From Burkholderiales bacterium (GTDB lineage Bacteria > Pseudomonadota > Gammaproteobacteria > Burkholderiales > Burkholderiaceae_F), in assembly GCA_041308065.1 (NCBI GenBank), contig JBFZCF010000001.1, positions 1 to 46,550 of the forward strand: DNA of 46,550 bases, read 5' to 3'. The translations under genes and the position numbers were made by a program. The notes beneath the pieces were generated by a model. The model was given only the letters and a program-made list of their open reading frames with translations, searched no databases and was not told where the DNA came from. Shown here piece by piece: positions 1-9,874 of this stretch. Positions within the stretch are counted from its first letter, which is position 1, and each line of letters begins with the position of its first letter.

Positions 1-148
1 CCACGCCGTGCAGAAGGCCGCTCCCGAGGACATCGTCCTGGTGGCCGGCAAAGGCCACGAGGATTACCAGGTCATCGGCACGAGCCGGCAGCCGTACTCC
101 GACCTCGCGCAGGTCCGCGCGGCGCTCTCCGAGCGGGGCCGCCGGTGA
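1..148 (+). CDS. murE: MurE (UDP-MurNAc-L-Ala-D-Glu--2,6-diaminopimelate ligase), C-terminal fragment entering from the left edge
   Basis: Frame starting at nt 2 reads [48 protein letters not shown], with the Mur-ligase C-terminal GKGHE motif. It lies immediately upstream of murF. Stop TGA at 146-148. Confidence 0.85.
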   Translation, partial: HAVQKAAPEDIVLVAGKGHEDYQVIGTSRQPYSDLAQVRAALSERGRR

Positions 149-210
149 GCGCGCACGGCCGCTCCGAAGCGCTCATCCCTGCGCGCGCAGCGCGGAGGGT
201 AGTCCAGTGA
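145..210 (+). other. 21-codon bridging mini-ORF 1 ([21 protein letters not shown]) inside repeat copy 1
   Basis: GTG 145-147 overlaps the murE TGA 146-148. Its own TGA 208-210 overlaps the next GTG 207-209. No homology evidence; translation is hypothetical. Confidence 0.25.
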
Positions 211-278
211 GCGCGCACGGCCGCTCCGAAGCGCTCATCCCTGCGCGCGCAGCGCGGAGGGTAGTCCGATGAGCGCGC
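146..278. repeat. Tandem direct repeat, 62-bp unit x2 plus the first 9 nt of a third copy (146-207, 208-269, 270-278)
   Basis: Read directly: TGAGCGCGCACGGCCGCTCCGAAGCGCTCATCCCTGCGCGCGCAGCGCGGAGGGTAGTCC(AG/GA) occurs twice back to back. TGAGCGCGC recurs at 270 as the start of murF. The copies differ only in their last 2 nt. Confidence 0.9.
207..272 (+). other. 21-codon bridging mini-ORF 2 ([21 protein letters not shown]) inside repeat copy 2
   Basis: GTG 207-209 overlaps the TGA of mini-ORF 1. Its TGA 270-272 overlaps the murF ATG 269-271. Translation is hypothetical. Confidence 0.25.
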
Positions 279-1651
279 TGATGACCGTCAGCGAACTCGC
301 CCGCGTGGTGGCGGCGCTGGACGTGCGGGGCGACGGCCGCATCGGCTTCTCGAGCGTGTCGACCGACACGCGGACGCTCGCGCCCGGCGCGCTCTACGTC
401 GCGCTGCGCGGTGAGCGCTTCGATGGCCACGACTACGTCGCCGCGGCTCGCGAGGGCGGCGCGGCGGCCGCGCTGGTGGAGCGCGTCGTCGATGCCGACT
501 TGCCGCAGGTCGTCGTGGCCGACTGCAGGCGCGCGCTCGGACTTGCGGCAGCCCAGTGGCGCGCGCGGTTCTCGTTGCCGGTCATCGCGGTGGCTGGAAG
601 CAACGGCAAGACCACGGTCACGCAGATGATCGCCTCGATCCTGGCGACGGCGCACGGCGACAAGGGTCGCCTGGCGACGCGGGGCAACCTCAACAACGAC
701 ATCGGCGTGCCGCTGATGCTGTGGCAGCTCGCCCGGCAGCACCGCGCCGCCGTCTTCGAGCTCGGCATGAACCACGTTGGCGAGATCGCCTACCTCGCCG
801 GCCTCGTTCGTCCCACCGTTGCGCTGGTCAACAACGCGCAGCGCGAGCACCAGGAGTTCATGCGGTCGGTCGAGGCGACGGCGTACGAGAACGGCGAAGT
901 CATCGCCGCGCTGCCGCTGTCCGATGACGGCGTGGCCGTGTTCCCGGCCGATGACGCCTGCACGTCGATCTGGAGGCAGATCGCCGGGACCCGACGCGTG
1001 GTCGACTTCGCCATCGAGGCCGACGCGGTCGTGACGGCGACCTACACGCTGCGCGCGGACGGCGCGCGCGTCTCGATGGCGACGCCGCTCGGGCTGGTAG
1101 ACGTCGACCTGGCCGTGACCGGCCTGCACAGCGTGCGCAACGCGCTGGCCGCCGCCGCGTGCGCGATCGGCGCCGGTATCGACGCCGGATCGATCGGGGA
1201 AGGCCTGCGCGCGTTCCGGCCGGTCGCCGGACGCGGGGTGCGACTGCGCACGAGCGAGGGCGGCTTGCTGATCGACGACACCTACAACGCGAACCCCGAT
1301 TCCGTGCGCGCCGCGATCGACCTGCTGGCCGGTTTCGACGGCGAGCGCGTGCTGGTGCTGGGCGACATGGGCGAAGTCGGCGAGCGCGGGCCGGAGTTCC
1401 ACCGCGAGGTCGGAGCCCATGCGCGCGAACGCGGCATCGACGGACTGATCGCGCTCGGCCCGATGGCGAGCGATGCCGTGGACGCGTTCGGCGAGGGCGC
1501 CGTGCACTGCGCCGACGTCGACTCAGTGCTGGCTGCGCTGCGGCCGCGGCTCGGTCCGGCGGTCACGGTGCTGGTCAAGGGATCGCGGTTCATGCGGATG
1601 GAGCGCGTCGTGCAGGCGCTGGCCGTCACGCCGCCGGAAGGGGTGCACTGA
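269..1651 (+). CDS. murF: UDP-MurNAc-tripeptide--D-alanyl-D-alanine ligase MurF
   Basis: 460-aa ORF with the Mur ligase P-loop (AVAGSNGKTT) and the dcw position between murE and mraY. ATG 281 is an alternative start. Confidence 0.95.
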   Translation: MSALMTVSELARVVAALDVRGDGRIGFSSVSTDTRTLAPGALYVALRGERFDGHDYVAAAREGGAAAALVERVVDADLPQVVVADCRRALGLAAAQWRARFSLPVIAVAGSNGKTTVTQMIASILATAHGDKGRLATRGNLNNDIGVPLMLWQLARQHRAAVFELGMNHVGEIAYLAGLVRPTVALVNNAQREHQEFMRSVEATAYENGEVIAALPLSDDGVAVFPADDACTSIWRQIAGTRRVVDFAIEADAVVTATYTLRADGARVSMATPLGLVDVDLAVTGLHSVRNALAAAACAIGAGIDAGSIGEGLRAFRPVAGRGVRLRTSEGGLLIDDTYNANPDSVRAAIDLLAGFDGERVLVLGDMGEVGERGPEFHREVGAHARERGIDGLIALGPMASDAVDAFGEGAVHCADVDSVLAALRPRLGPAVTVLVKGSRFMRMERVVQALAVTPPEGVH

Positions 1652-2806
1652 GTGTTGCTCGAACTGTTCGAATGGCTGGCGCAGGACATCCGCGCGTTCA
1701 ACGTCTTCTCGTACCTGACGTTGCGCGCGGTGCTCGCCGCCGCCACCGCGCTGCTGATCGGCCTGGCCGCCGGTCCGTGGGTGATCCGGCGGCTGACGGC
1801 GCTGAAGATCGGCCAGGCCGTGCGCAGCGACGGGCCGCAGTCGCACCTCGTGAAGAGCGGCACGCCGACGATGGGCGGCGCGCTGATCCTGATCTCGATC
1901 GGCGTGACCACGCTGCTCTGGGCCGACCTGTCCAATCGGTTCGTGTGGGTGACGCTGATCGTCACGATCGGCTTCGGCTGGATCGGCTGGGTCGACGACT
2001 ACCGCAAGGTCGTCCACCGGAACCCGAAGGGCATGAGCGCGCGGGAGAAGTACTTCTGGCAGTCGCTGATCGGCCTGTCCGCCTCGTTCTATCTCGCCTT
2101 TGCGATCGCGGCGCCCTCGACAGACAAGATCTGGGTGCTGATGTGGGAGTGGCTCAGCAACGGCTTCTACATCGACCTGCCGCCGCGCTCCGACCTGATC
2201 GTGCCGTTCTTCAAGAACGTCGCCTATCCGCTCGGAGTGTTCGGCTTCGTGCTGCTGTCGTACTTCGTGATCGTCGGGACGAGCAATGCCGTGAACCTCA
2301 CCGATGGCCTCGACGGGCTCGCGATCATGCCCACGGTGATGATCGGCGCGGCACTCGGCGTGTTTGCCTACGTCATCGGCCGCGCGGACTTCGCCCGGTA
2401 CCTGCTGTTCCCGTACATCCCGGGTGCGGGTGAGCTTGTCATCATCTGCGGCGCGATCGCCGGCGCCGGCCTCGGCTTCCTGTGGTTCAACGCCTATCCG
2501 GCGGAAGTGTTCATGGGCGACGTCGGCGCCCTGGCGCTCGGCGGCGCGCTCGGCACGATCGCGGTCATCACGCGGCAGGAGATCGTGCTCTTCATCATGG
2601 GCGGCGTCTTCGTGATGGAGACGGTGTCCGTGATGCTCCAGGTCGGCTACTTCAAGTGGACCAAGGGCAAGCGCATCTTCCGAATGGCGCCGCTGCACCA
2701 CCACTTCGAGCTGTCCGGCTGGAAGGAGACGCAGGTCGTCGTCCGGTTCTGGATCATCAGCATGATGCTGGTGCTGGTCGGGCTTTCCACGCTGAAGCTG
2801 CGATGA
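1652..2806 (+). CDS. mraY: Phospho-N-acetylmuramoyl-pentapeptide transferase MraY
   Basis: 384-aa polytopic membrane ORF with MraY motifs ([21 protein letters not shown]). GTG start directly after the murF TGA. Confidence 0.97.
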   Translation: MLLELFEWLAQDIRAFNVFSYLTLRAVLAAATALLIGLAAGPWVIRRLTALKIGQAVRSDGPQSHLVKSGTPTMGGALILISIGVTTLLWADLSNRFVWVTLIVTIGFGWIGWVDDYRKVVHRNPKGMSAREKYFWQSLIGLSASFYLAFAIAAPSTDKIWVLMWEWLSNGFYIDLPPRSDLIVPFFKNVAYPLGVFGFVLLSYFVIVGTSNAVNLTDGLDGLAIMPTVMIGAALGVFAYVIGRADFARYLLFPYIPGAGELVIICGAIAGAGLGFLWFNAYPAEVFMGDVGALALGGALGTIAVITRQEIVLFIMGGVFVMETVSVMLQVGYFKWTKGKRIFRMAPLHHHFELSGWKETQVVVRFWIISMMLVLVGLSTLKLR

Positions 2807-4353
2807 GCGCCGCGACGGGCCACCCCGAGCAAGCTCGCGGCGCAGCGCGCAGCGCGGAGGCCGCGGTCCCCCGCGCCCTCGTACTCGGACTCGGCGCGAG
2901 CGGCCTCGCGATGGCGCGCTGGCTGGCCGTCGAGGGCTTCGACCTGCGCGTGGCCGACACGCGCGCCGAGCCGCCGCAGCGCGCCTCGCTCGCGGCGGAC
3001 TGCCCGTCGGCCGAGTTCATCGGCGGCCCCCTCTCCCACGCGCTGCTCGACGGCGTCGAACTGGTGGCGATCAGCCCGGGCCTGGCCCCCACGCTGCCCG
3101 ACGTCGCCGCGCTGCTGAAACAGGCGAAGGCGGGCAAGGTCGAGGTCGTCGGCGAGATAGAACTCTTTGCGCGCGCCCTGGCCCGCCTGAAGGCCGAGCG
3201 CGGTTATGCGCCGAAAGTCGTCGGCATCACCGGCACCAACGGCAAGACCACGACCACCCGGCTCGCCGGGCTGCTGCTCGAGCGCTCCGGGATGAAGGCG
3301 GCGGTCGCCGGCAACATCGCCCCGGCCGTACTCGACGTGCTGCGCGACGCGCTTGCCGGCGACAGCCTGCCCGAGGCCTGGGTGCTCGAACTGTCGAGCT
3401 TCCAGCTCGCCACCGCTCGCTCGCTCGAGTGCGACGCCGCGGTCGTCCTCAACGTCACGCAGGACCACCTCGACTGGCACGGCACGATGGACGCGTACGC
3501 CGCGGCCAAGGCGCGCATCTTCGCGGCGCGGACGGTCCAGGTGCTGAACCGCGGCGACGAGCGCGTGATGGCGATGGCGCGCAGGAATGCGGAGATCGTG
3601 ACCTTCGGCACCGACGCCCCGTCCAGCGGGAACTCGTACGGCCTGCTGCTCGACAACGGCATCACCTGGCTCGCTTGGGCCGAGGACCTGAGCCCGCCGG
3701 GCCGGCGCCGCAGGACAAGTCCGGAGGTGCCGGCGCCGCCTCCCGAGATACATCTGCATCGGTTGATGCCGACCGATGCGCTGCAGATCCGCGGCCGGCA
3801 CAACGCGGCCAACGCGCTGGCCGCGCTCGCGCTCGCGCGCGCCGTCGGCTGCCCGCTCGGGCCGTTGCTGCACGCGCTGCGTTCCTATCGCGGCGAGCCG
3901 CATCGGGTGGAGCCGATCGCGACCGTCCGCGGAGTCGAATACGTCGACGACAGCAAGGGCACCAACGTCGGTGCCACCGTGGCGGCCCTGGACGGACTCG
4001 GGGGCGAGGGACGCAAGCTCGTCGTGATCCTCGGCGGCGACGGCAAGGGGCAGGACTTCGGTCCCCTCGTCGACCCGGTCGTCCGCCACGCGCGGGCGGT
4101 CATCCTGATCGGGCGCGACGCGCCGGCGATTCGATCAGTGCTCGAGCAGGGCGCCAAGGGCGTGACCCTGCACGACGCCGACACGCTGCCCGAGGCCGTC
4201 GAGACCGCGGCGGCCGCAGCGCGCGAAGGCGACGCGGTCCTGCTGTCGCCCGCCTGCGCCAGCCTCGACATGTTCCGCAACTACGTGCACCGCTCGGAAG
4301 TGTTTGCCGCTGCGGTACGTGAACTCGCCGCCGAGGTCGGCCAGCCGTGCTGA
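2803..4353 (+). CDS. murD: UDP-MurNAc-L-alanine--D-glutamate ligase MurD
   Basis: In-frame ATG 2803 gives an ATGA overlap with the mraY stop. Has [12 protein letters not shown]-loop and DDSKGTN motif. The track ORF from 2482 is an upstream over-extension. Confidence 0.93.
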   Translation: MSAATGHPEQARGAARSAEAAVPRALVLGLGASGLAMARWLAVEGFDLRVADTRAEPPQRASLAADCPSAEFIGGPLSHALLDGVELVAISPGLAPTLPDVAALLKQAKAGKVEVVGEIELFARALARLKAERGYAPKVVGITGTNGKTTTTRLAGLLLERSGMKAAVAGNIAPAVLDVLRDALAGDSLPEAWVLELSSFQLATARSLECDAAVVLNVTQDHLDWHGTMDAYAAAKARIFAARTVQVLNRGDERVMAMARRNAEIVTFGTDAPSSGNSYGLLLDNGITWLAWAEDLSPPGRRRRTSPEVPAPPPEIHLHRLMPTDALQIRGRHNAANALAALALARAVGCPLGPLLHALRSYRGEPHRVEPIATVRGVEYVDDSKGTNVGATVAALDGLGGEGRKLVVILGGDGKGQDFGPLVDPVVRHARAVILIGRDAPAIRSVLEQGAKGVTLHDADTLPEAVETAAAAAREGDAVLLSPACASLDMFRNYVHRSEVFAAAVRELAAEVGQPC

Positions 4354-5603
4354 AGCCGTTCACCGACTGGTTCCGTCGCGGCGGGCGGCGGCGCGAATTC
4401 GATCCGGCCGGATCGATGATGGCGATCGCCGGTCTCGGCGCGGGCGGGAGCGCATCGGCCGCGCGAACTTCGCTGCCGGGCGTGGACCGGGCGCTCGTCG
4501 GCGTCGTGCTGGCGCTGATCATGCTCGGCACGGTGATGGTGTACTCGGCGTCGATCGCGCTCGCCGACTCGCCCCGCTACAACGTGGCGCCGACCCACTT
4601 CATCGCGCGCCACTTGCTCTCGCTCGGCATCGCATTCTGCGCGGCGGCGATCGCGTTCCAGGTGCCGATGGCCACCTGGCAGCGCCTGGCGCCGTGGATC
4701 TTCGCGGGCACGATGGTGCTGCTGGTGCTGGTGCTGATCCCCGGCGTGGGCAAGGGCGTCAACGGAGCGCGTCGCTGGGTGTCGCTCGGCATCCTGAACC
4801 TGCAGCCCTCCGAACTGATGAAGGTCGCCTGCGTCCTGTACGCGGCGAATTTCACGGTCCGCAAGCAGGACTACATGCACCACTTCGGGAAGGGCTTCCT
4901 GCCGATGGCCATCGTGATGGCGATGATCGGCGCGCTTCTGCTGCTCCAGCCCGACCTCGGCGCCTTCGGCGTGATCGTCGCCATCGCGATGGGCATCCTG
5001 TTCCTCGGCGGCGTCAACGGCAAGCTGTTCGCCGGCATCTCGGTCGTGCTGGCCGGCGCCTTCACGCTGGTGATCTGGCTGTCTCCGTGGCGGCGCGAGC
5101 GGATTTTCGCGTACCTCGATCCATGGTCGGAGGGCAACGCGCTCGGCAAGGCCTACCAGCTGTCCCATTCGCTGATCGCCTTCGGTCGCGGCGAGTGGTT
5201 CGGCGTCGGCCTGGGTGGCAGCGTCGAAAAGCTGCACTACCTGCCTGAAGCGCACACCGACTTCATCCTCGCGGTGCTCGGCGAGGAACTCGGCCTCGTC
5301 GGCGTGCTGACCGTCGTCGTGCTCTTCTACTGGATGGTGAAGCGGGCGTTCGAGATCGGGCGGCAGGCGATCGCGCTGGAGCGCACGTTCGCCGGCCTCG
5401 TGGCCCAGGGCGTCGGCCTGTGGATCGGCGTGCAGGCGTTCATCAACATCGGCGTGGCCACCGGCTTGCTGCCCACGAAAGGCCTGACGCTGCCCCTGAT
5501 GAGCTACGGCGGCTCGGCGCTGCTGTCGACCTTGACCGCGCTCGCGATCCTGCTGCGGGTCGACAAGGAAAACAGGATTCTCATGCGCGGAGGCCGCGCA
5601 TGA
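4347..5603 (+). CDS. ftsW: Cell-division peptidoglycan glycosyltransferase FtsW (SEDS family)
   Basis: 418-aa SEDS-type membrane ORF between murD and murG. GTG start overlaps the murD end by 7 nt. An internal ATG near 4416 is a possible alternative start. Confidence 0.92.
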   Translation: MLKPFTDWFRRGGRRREFDPAGSMMAIAGLGAGGSASAARTSLPGVDRALVGVVLALIMLGTVMVYSASIALADSPRYNVAPTHFIARHLLSLGIAFCAAAIAFQVPMATWQRLAPWIFAGTMVLLVLVLIPGVGKGVNGARRWVSLGILNLQPSELMKVACVLYAANFTVRKQDYMHHFGKGFLPMAIVMAMIGALLLLQPDLGAFGVIVAIAMGILFLGGVNGKLFAGISVVLAGAFTLVIWLSPWRRERIFAYLDPWSEGNALGKAYQLSHSLIAFGRGEWFGVGLGGSVEKLHYLPEAHTDFILAVLGEELGLVGVLTVVVLFYWMVKRAFEIGRQAIALERTFAGLVAQGVGLWIGVQAFINIGVATGLLPTKGLTLPLMSYGGSALLSTLTALAILLRVDKENRILMRGGRA

Positions 5604-5614
5604 GAATCCTGTTT
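5570..5614. repeat. Perfect 21-bp-stem palindrome with 3-nt loop spanning the ftsW 3' end and stop codon
   Basis: AAACAGGATTCTCATGCGCGG-AGG-CCGCGCATGAGAATCCTGTTT, checked base by base. The left arm encodes FtsW ...NRILMRG; the right arm holds the stop codon plus 11 nt of downstream DNA. Confidence 0.9.
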
Positions 5615-5719
5615 CGTCGCAGGCTCACGTCGGCGTCAGCCGACGTTAAGTCCGCCGTGGTGGACGGCCGGAGACAGGACACGTGCGCCGCAGGCGACAT
5701 GCGCGGAGGCCGCGCATGA
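5582..5719. repeat. 22-bp direct repeat (CATGCGCGGAGGCCGCGCATGA) at 5582-5603 and 5698-5719, period 116 bp, flanking a 94-bp insert
   Basis: Both copies are identical. Copy 1 is the ftsW end and copy 2 is the murG start junction. This looks like a duplicated ATGA gene junction. Confidence 0.9.
5600..5719 (+). other. 39-codon bridging mini-ORF ([39 protein letters not shown])
   Basis: ATG 5600-5602 overlaps the ftsW TGA 5601-5603. Its TGA 5717-5719 overlaps the murG ATG 5716-5718. It ends with the same MRGGRA* as FtsW. Translation is hypothetical. Confidence 0.25.
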
Positions 5720-6789
5720 AGCACCTGATGGTCGTCGCGGCCGGCACCGGCGGGCACGTGATGCCGGGCCTCGCGGTCGCGGGCGAACTGCAGCGTCGCG
5801 GCTGGTCGGTGAGCTGGCTCGGCACCAGGGCGGGAATGGAGCGGGCGCTGGTCGAGCCGCACGGCATCGCGTTCCGTTCCATCGACTTCTCCGGCCTGCG
5901 GGGCAAGGGGTTCAAGACACTGGTCTTCGGCGGATTCCTGCTGCTGCGGGCCATCTGGCAAAGCCGGAAGATCATCCGGTCCGACAAGCCCGACGCGGTG
6001 TTCTCGACCGGCGGCTATGTCGCCGTGCCGGCCGGCATGGCGGCGAGTTCGCTTGGCATCCCCGTGGTCCTGCTGAACCCGGACGCGGCCCCGCTGATGT
6101 CGACGTCGATGCTCAGGCCGCTCGCATCCGCCGTGCTGTGCGGGTTCGACGGCGAGGCCGCGCGGAAGGCCGGCGCGAAGGGTCTCGTCACCGGCAACCC
6201 GGTGCGTCCCGAGATCGCCGCCGTGCCCGCCCCTGCCGACCGCTATCCCGGCCGCACGGGCGCGCTGCGCCTGCTCGTGATCGGCGGCAGTCTCGGCGCG
6301 CAGGTGCTGAACGAAACGGTGCCGCAGGCCCTTGCGCGCATCCCCCTGGAACGGCGGCCGCAGGTCGTCCATCAGTGCGGCGCGAAGCATCTCGACGCCG
6401 TGCGCGAGGCCTATGCGAAGGCGGGCGTGCAGGCGGAGATCGTCACCTTCATCGACGACATGGCGTCGCGCTACGCCGGGGCTGATCTCGTGCTCGCACG
6501 CGCGGGGGCCATCACCGTGACGGAGCTCGCGGCGGCCGGCGTGCCGAGCATCCTCGTGCCGCTCGTCGTGTCCACCACGCACCACCAGCGCACCAACGCC
6601 GAGTTCATGGCGGCGAAGAACGCCGCGATTCACCTGCCGCAGGGCGAGGCCACCGCGGAGCGCCTGGCCGGTTTGCTCGCGGGCCTGGATCGCTCGCGCC
6701 TGCAATCGATGGCCGAAGCCGCACGCGCCCTGGGCAAGCCGACGGCGACCGAGACCGTGGCGGCCGTGATCGAGAAGGTGGCCGCATGA
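5716..6789 (+). CDS. murG: UDP-GlcNAc--MurNAc-(pentapeptide)-PP-undecaprenol GlcNAc transferase MurG
   Basis: Starts [22 protein letters not shown], the typical MurG N-terminus. The track ORF from 5683 over-extends upstream. Confidence 0.95.
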   Translation: MKHLMVVAAGTGGHVMPGLAVAGELQRRGWSVSWLGTRAGMERALVEPHGIAFRSIDFSGLRGKGFKTLVFGGFLLLRAIWQSRKIIRSDKPDAVFSTGGYVAVPAGMAASSLGIPVVLLNPDAAPLMSTSMLRPLASAVLCGFDGEAARKAGAKGLVTGNPVRPEIAAVPAPADRYPGRTGALRLLVIGGSLGAQVLNETVPQALARIPLERRPQVVHQCGAKHLDAVREAYAKAGVQAEIVTFIDDMASRYAGADLVLARAGAITVTELAAAGVPSILVPLVVSTTHHQRTNAEFMAAKNAAIHLPQGEATAERLAGLLAGLDRSRLQSMAEAARALGKPTATETVAAVIEKVAA

Positions 6790-8177
6790 GGCACGCCGTC
6801 AAGCACATCCACTTCGTCGGCATCGGTGGCTCGGGGATGAGCGGGATCGCAGAGGTCTTGCTCACGCTCGGGTACAAGGTCAGCGGATCCGACGTCGCGA
6901 GCAACGCGGCCACGCGGCGGCTGACGCAACTGGGCGCGAGGATCTCGCTCGGCCACGCCGCGGAACACATCGCTGGCGCCGACGCCGTCGTCGTGTCGAC
7001 CGCGGTGTCGCACAGCAATCCTGAAGTCCTCGCCGCCCGCGCCCGCCGCGTCCCGGTCGTGCCGCGCGCCATGATGCTGGCCGAACTGATGCGGCTGAAG
7101 CAGGGCATCGCCATCGCCGGCACGCACGGCAAGACGACGACCACGAGCCTGGTCGCCAGCGTGCTGGCCGCCGGCGGCCTCGACCCGACCTTCGTGATCG
7201 GCGGCCGGTTGAACTCGGCCGGCGCCAATGCGCGGCTCGGGACCGGCGAATACATCGTCGTCGAAGCCGACGAGTCGGACGCGTCGTTCCTGAACCTGAT
7301 GCCGGTCGTCGCGGTCGTGACGAACATCGACAACGACCACATGGAAACCTACGGCCACGACTTCGCGCGGCTGAAGCAGGCCTTCGTCGACTTCCTGGGC
7401 CGCCTTCCGTTCTATGGCAGCGCGGTGCTGTGCATCGACGACCGCAGCGTGCGCGAGATCCTGCCCTTCGTGTCCAAGCCCGTGGTCACCTACGGGTTCG
7501 CGGACCAGGCGCAGTTTCGTGCAGTCGACGCACGCGCCGAAGGCCCGCAGATGCGCTTCACCGCGCAGCGCGAGGGCGCGCGCCCGCTCGACGTGACGCT
7601 GAATCTTCCCGGCATGCACAACGTCGCCAACGCGCTCGCGGCCATCGCGGTCGGCACCGGGCTCGGCGTGCCGGACGAGGGGATCGTGCAGGCCCTGGCC
7701 GAGTTCACGGGCGTGGGCCGGCGCTTCTCGCGCCACGGCGACCTGCCGACTCCGGCGGGCGGCTCGTTCACGCTGATCGACGACTACGGCCATCACCCGG
7801 TCGAGATGGCGGCGACGCTGGATGCGGCGCGCGGCGCCTTTCCCGGCCGCCGCATCGTGCTGGCGTTCCAGCCACACCGCTACACGCGCACGCGCGACTG
7901 CTTCGAAGACTTCGTGAAGGTGCTGTCGAGCTGCGACGCGCTGCTGCTGGCCGAGGTGTATCCGGCCGGCGAAGCGCCGATCGTCGCCGCCGACGGGCGC
8001 GCGCTGGCACGCGCGGTCCGCGTGGCGGGGAAGGTCGAGCCGGTGTTCGTCGAATCGATCGAAGAGATGCCCGGCGCCCTGATGGACGTGGTGCGCGACG
8101 GCGACGTCGTGATCGGCATGGGTGCGGGCTCGATCGGCCAGTTGCCGGCCCGCCTCGCGGGCGGAGGGGCGGAATGA
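6786..8177 (+). CDS. murC: UDP-N-acetylmuramate--L-alanine ligase MurC
   Basis: 463 aa with [14 protein letters not shown] and GTHGKTTTT motifs. ATGA overlap with murG. Confidence 0.96.
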   Translation: MRHAVKHIHFVGIGGSGMSGIAEVLLTLGYKVSGSDVASNAATRRLTQLGARISLGHAAEHIAGADAVVVSTAVSHSNPEVLAARARRVPVVPRAMMLAELMRLKQGIAIAGTHGKTTTTSLVASVLAAGGLDPTFVIGGRLNSAGANARLGTGEYIVVEADESDASFLNLMPVVAVVTNIDNDHMETYGHDFARLKQAFVDFLGRLPFYGSAVLCIDDRSVREILPFVSKPVVTYGFADQAQFRAVDARAEGPQMRFTAQREGARPLDVTLNLPGMHNVANALAAIAVGTGLGVPDEGIVQALAEFTGVGRRFSRHGDLPTPAGGSFTLIDDYGHHPVEMAATLDAARGAFPGRRIVLAFQPHRYTRTRDCFEDFVKVLSSCDALLLAEVYPAGEAPIVAADGRALARAVRVAGKVEPVFVESIEEMPGALMDVVRDGDVVIGMGAGSIGQLPARLAGGGAE

Positions 8178-9133
8178 GCGTGGACGTGAAGGCGCTCGGC
8201 AAGGTGGGCGTGCTCTTCGGGGGGCGTTCGTCGGAGCGCGAGGTCTCGATCATGTCGGGCACCGGTGTGCTGAAGGCGCTCGAGTCCCGCGGCGTCGACG
8301 CACATGCCTTCGATCCCGGCACGCAGACGCTGGCGGAGCTCGAGGCGGCCCGTTTCGACCGCGTGTTCATCGCGCTGCACGGGCGTGGCGGCGAGGACGG
8401 CACGATCCAGGGCGTCCTGGAGACGATCGGCGTGCCATACACCGGAAGCGGCGTGCAGGCGTCGGCGATCGCGATCGACAAGCTCGCGACCAAGCGGGTG
8501 TGGCTGCAGGAAGGCATCCCGACGCCGCGCTTCCGGGTGCTCGCAAGCGGCGCCCGGGCGGAGCTCAACGCGGCAGTCGACGAGCTCGGCCTGCCGCTGA
8601 TCACCAAGCCGCCGCACGAGGGATCGACGATCGGCATCGCGAAGGTCACCGGCTACTCGGAGATGGCCGATGCGTATGCGCTGGCCGCGAAGTACGACAG
8701 CGCCGTCCTCGCCGAGCAGTTCATCGCGGGCCGCGAACTGACGTGCGCGGTGCTCGGGCAAGGGGATGGCGCCACGGCGCTGCCGCTGATCGAGATCCGC
8801 GCGCCGGGCGCGAACTACGACTATCACAACAAGTACTTCAGCGACGACACCCAGTACCTCTGTCCGGCGCCGGTCGACGACGCACTCACCGCGGACATCC
8901 AGCGGCTGTGCGTGCGTGCCTACGCGGTGCTCGGCGCGCGCGGCTGGGGACGGATCGACGTGATGCTGTCGGAGCGCAAGGAGCCCTTCCTGCTCGAGCT
9001 CAACACGTCGCCCGGCATGACGGGCCACTCGCTGGTGCCGATGGCCGCGCGCGCGGTCGGCATGAGCTACGAGGACCTCGTCCTGCGGATCCTGCAGGAC
9101 GCTGCGCTCGACGACGGAGGCCGGCCGCGATGA
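8174..9133 (+). CDS. ddl: D-alanine--D-alanine ligase
   Basis: In-frame ATG 8174 (ATGA overlap with murC). N-terminus [29 protein letters not shown] and an ATP-grasp body. The track ORF from 7430 is an over-extension. Confidence 0.95.
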   Translation: MSVDVKALGKVGVLFGGRSSEREVSIMSGTGVLKALESRGVDAHAFDPGTQTLAELEAARFDRVFIALHGRGGEDGTIQGVLETIGVPYTGSGVQASAIAIDKLATKRVWLQEGIPTPRFRVLASGARAELNAAVDELGLPLITKPPHEGSTIGIAKVTGYSEMADAYALAAKYDSAVLAEQFIAGRELTCAVLGQGDGATALPLIEIRAPGANYDYHNKYFSDDTQYLCPAPVDDALTADIQRLCVRAYAVLGARGWGRIDVMLSERKEPFLLELNTSPGMTGHSLVPMAARAVGMSYEDLVLRILQDAALDDGGRPR

Positions 9134-9867
9134 GCGCGCGCCTGATGAACGGGTTCGCTGCGCTGTTCGCGACGTGCGCGGGCCTGATCGTCGTCGCCGG
9201 CGTGCTGTACTGGATCGCCCAGCGGCCGTACTTCTCGCTGCGTGCGATCGAGGTGCGCGGCGAACTCCAGCACGTGACGTCGGCGTCGGTGCGCGCTGCC
9301 ATCGCCGGCCGGCTGAAGGGCAACTACTTCACCATGCGGCTGGACGAGACGCGGCGCGTCCTGGAAACCGTGCCCTGGGTCGCACAGGCCTCGGTGCGGA
9401 GGACCTGGCCGGATCGCCTGCACGTCACGCTGGTCGAACATCGCGCCCTCGGCGTCTGGAGCGACGGACGCCTGCTGTCGGACGCCGGAGAGCTGTTCGT
9501 CGCCAATCCCGCGGAGGCGGAGATCCACGGACCGCTGCCCGCCTTCGAGGGGCCTGAAGCGGTCGCTCGCGATGCCGCGCGGCGCTACTACGAGTTCGCG
9601 GCGATGCTCGCTCCGCTCGGCATGCGGATCGCGGCGATCGACGTGTCCGACCGCCGTTCGTGGGCCGTCGACGTGACCGGCATCGATGGCGCGGCGACGC
9701 GCCTCGAGCTCGGACGCGACACCGACGGCATCGCCCTGAACGATCGCCTGGCCCAGGTCGTCGCCGCCTATCCGATGGTCGCGGCCCGCGTCGGCGGGGC
9801 GCCGCAGAGCATCGACGCGCGTTACCCCAACGGGCTGGCTGCCCTGCCTCCCGCGAAAACCCGATGA
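9130..9867 (+). CDS. ftsQ: Cell division protein FtsQ
   Basis: ATG 9130 (ATGA overlap with ddl). N-terminal TM segment then a POTRA-like RAIEVRG...YFTMRLD region. Position between ddl and ftsA. Confidence 0.88.
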   Translation: MSARLMNGFAALFATCAGLIVVAGVLYWIAQRPYFSLRAIEVRGELQHVTSASVRAAIAGRLKGNYFTMRLDETRRVLETVPWVAQASVRRTWPDRLHVTLVEHRALGVWSDGRLLSDAGELFVANPAEAEIHGPLPAFEGPEAVARDAARRYYEFAAMLAPLGMRIAAIDVSDRRSWAVDVTGIDGAATRLELGRDTDGIALNDRLAQVVAAYPMVAARVGGAPQSIDARYPNGLAALPPAKTR

Positions 9868-9874
9868 CGAGAAC

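Noticed and set aside
146-278. Whether the tandem 62-bp repeat could be a CRISPR array.
   Set aside because: The copies are directly adjacent with no spacers, there are only two and a fraction of them, and no cas genes are present.
2482-2802. Upstream over-extensions of track ORFs: murD from 2482, ddl from 7430, ftsQ from 8122, coaE to 24047, SLT from 34707, the PP0621-like gene from 38005, ampD from 41897 and rplU from 30460.
   Set aside because: In each case an internal start gives the canonical N-terminus and a 4-nt overlap or short gap with the preceding gene. The extensions overlap conserved upstream genes in another frame.
3690-3780. Low-complexity insertion in MurD ([19 protein letters not shown]), considered as a possible frameshift or foreign insert.
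   Set aside because: The reading frame is continuous and the flanking MurD motifs are intact. MurD of about 500+ aa with a loop here is, as far as I recall, normal for Burkholderiales.
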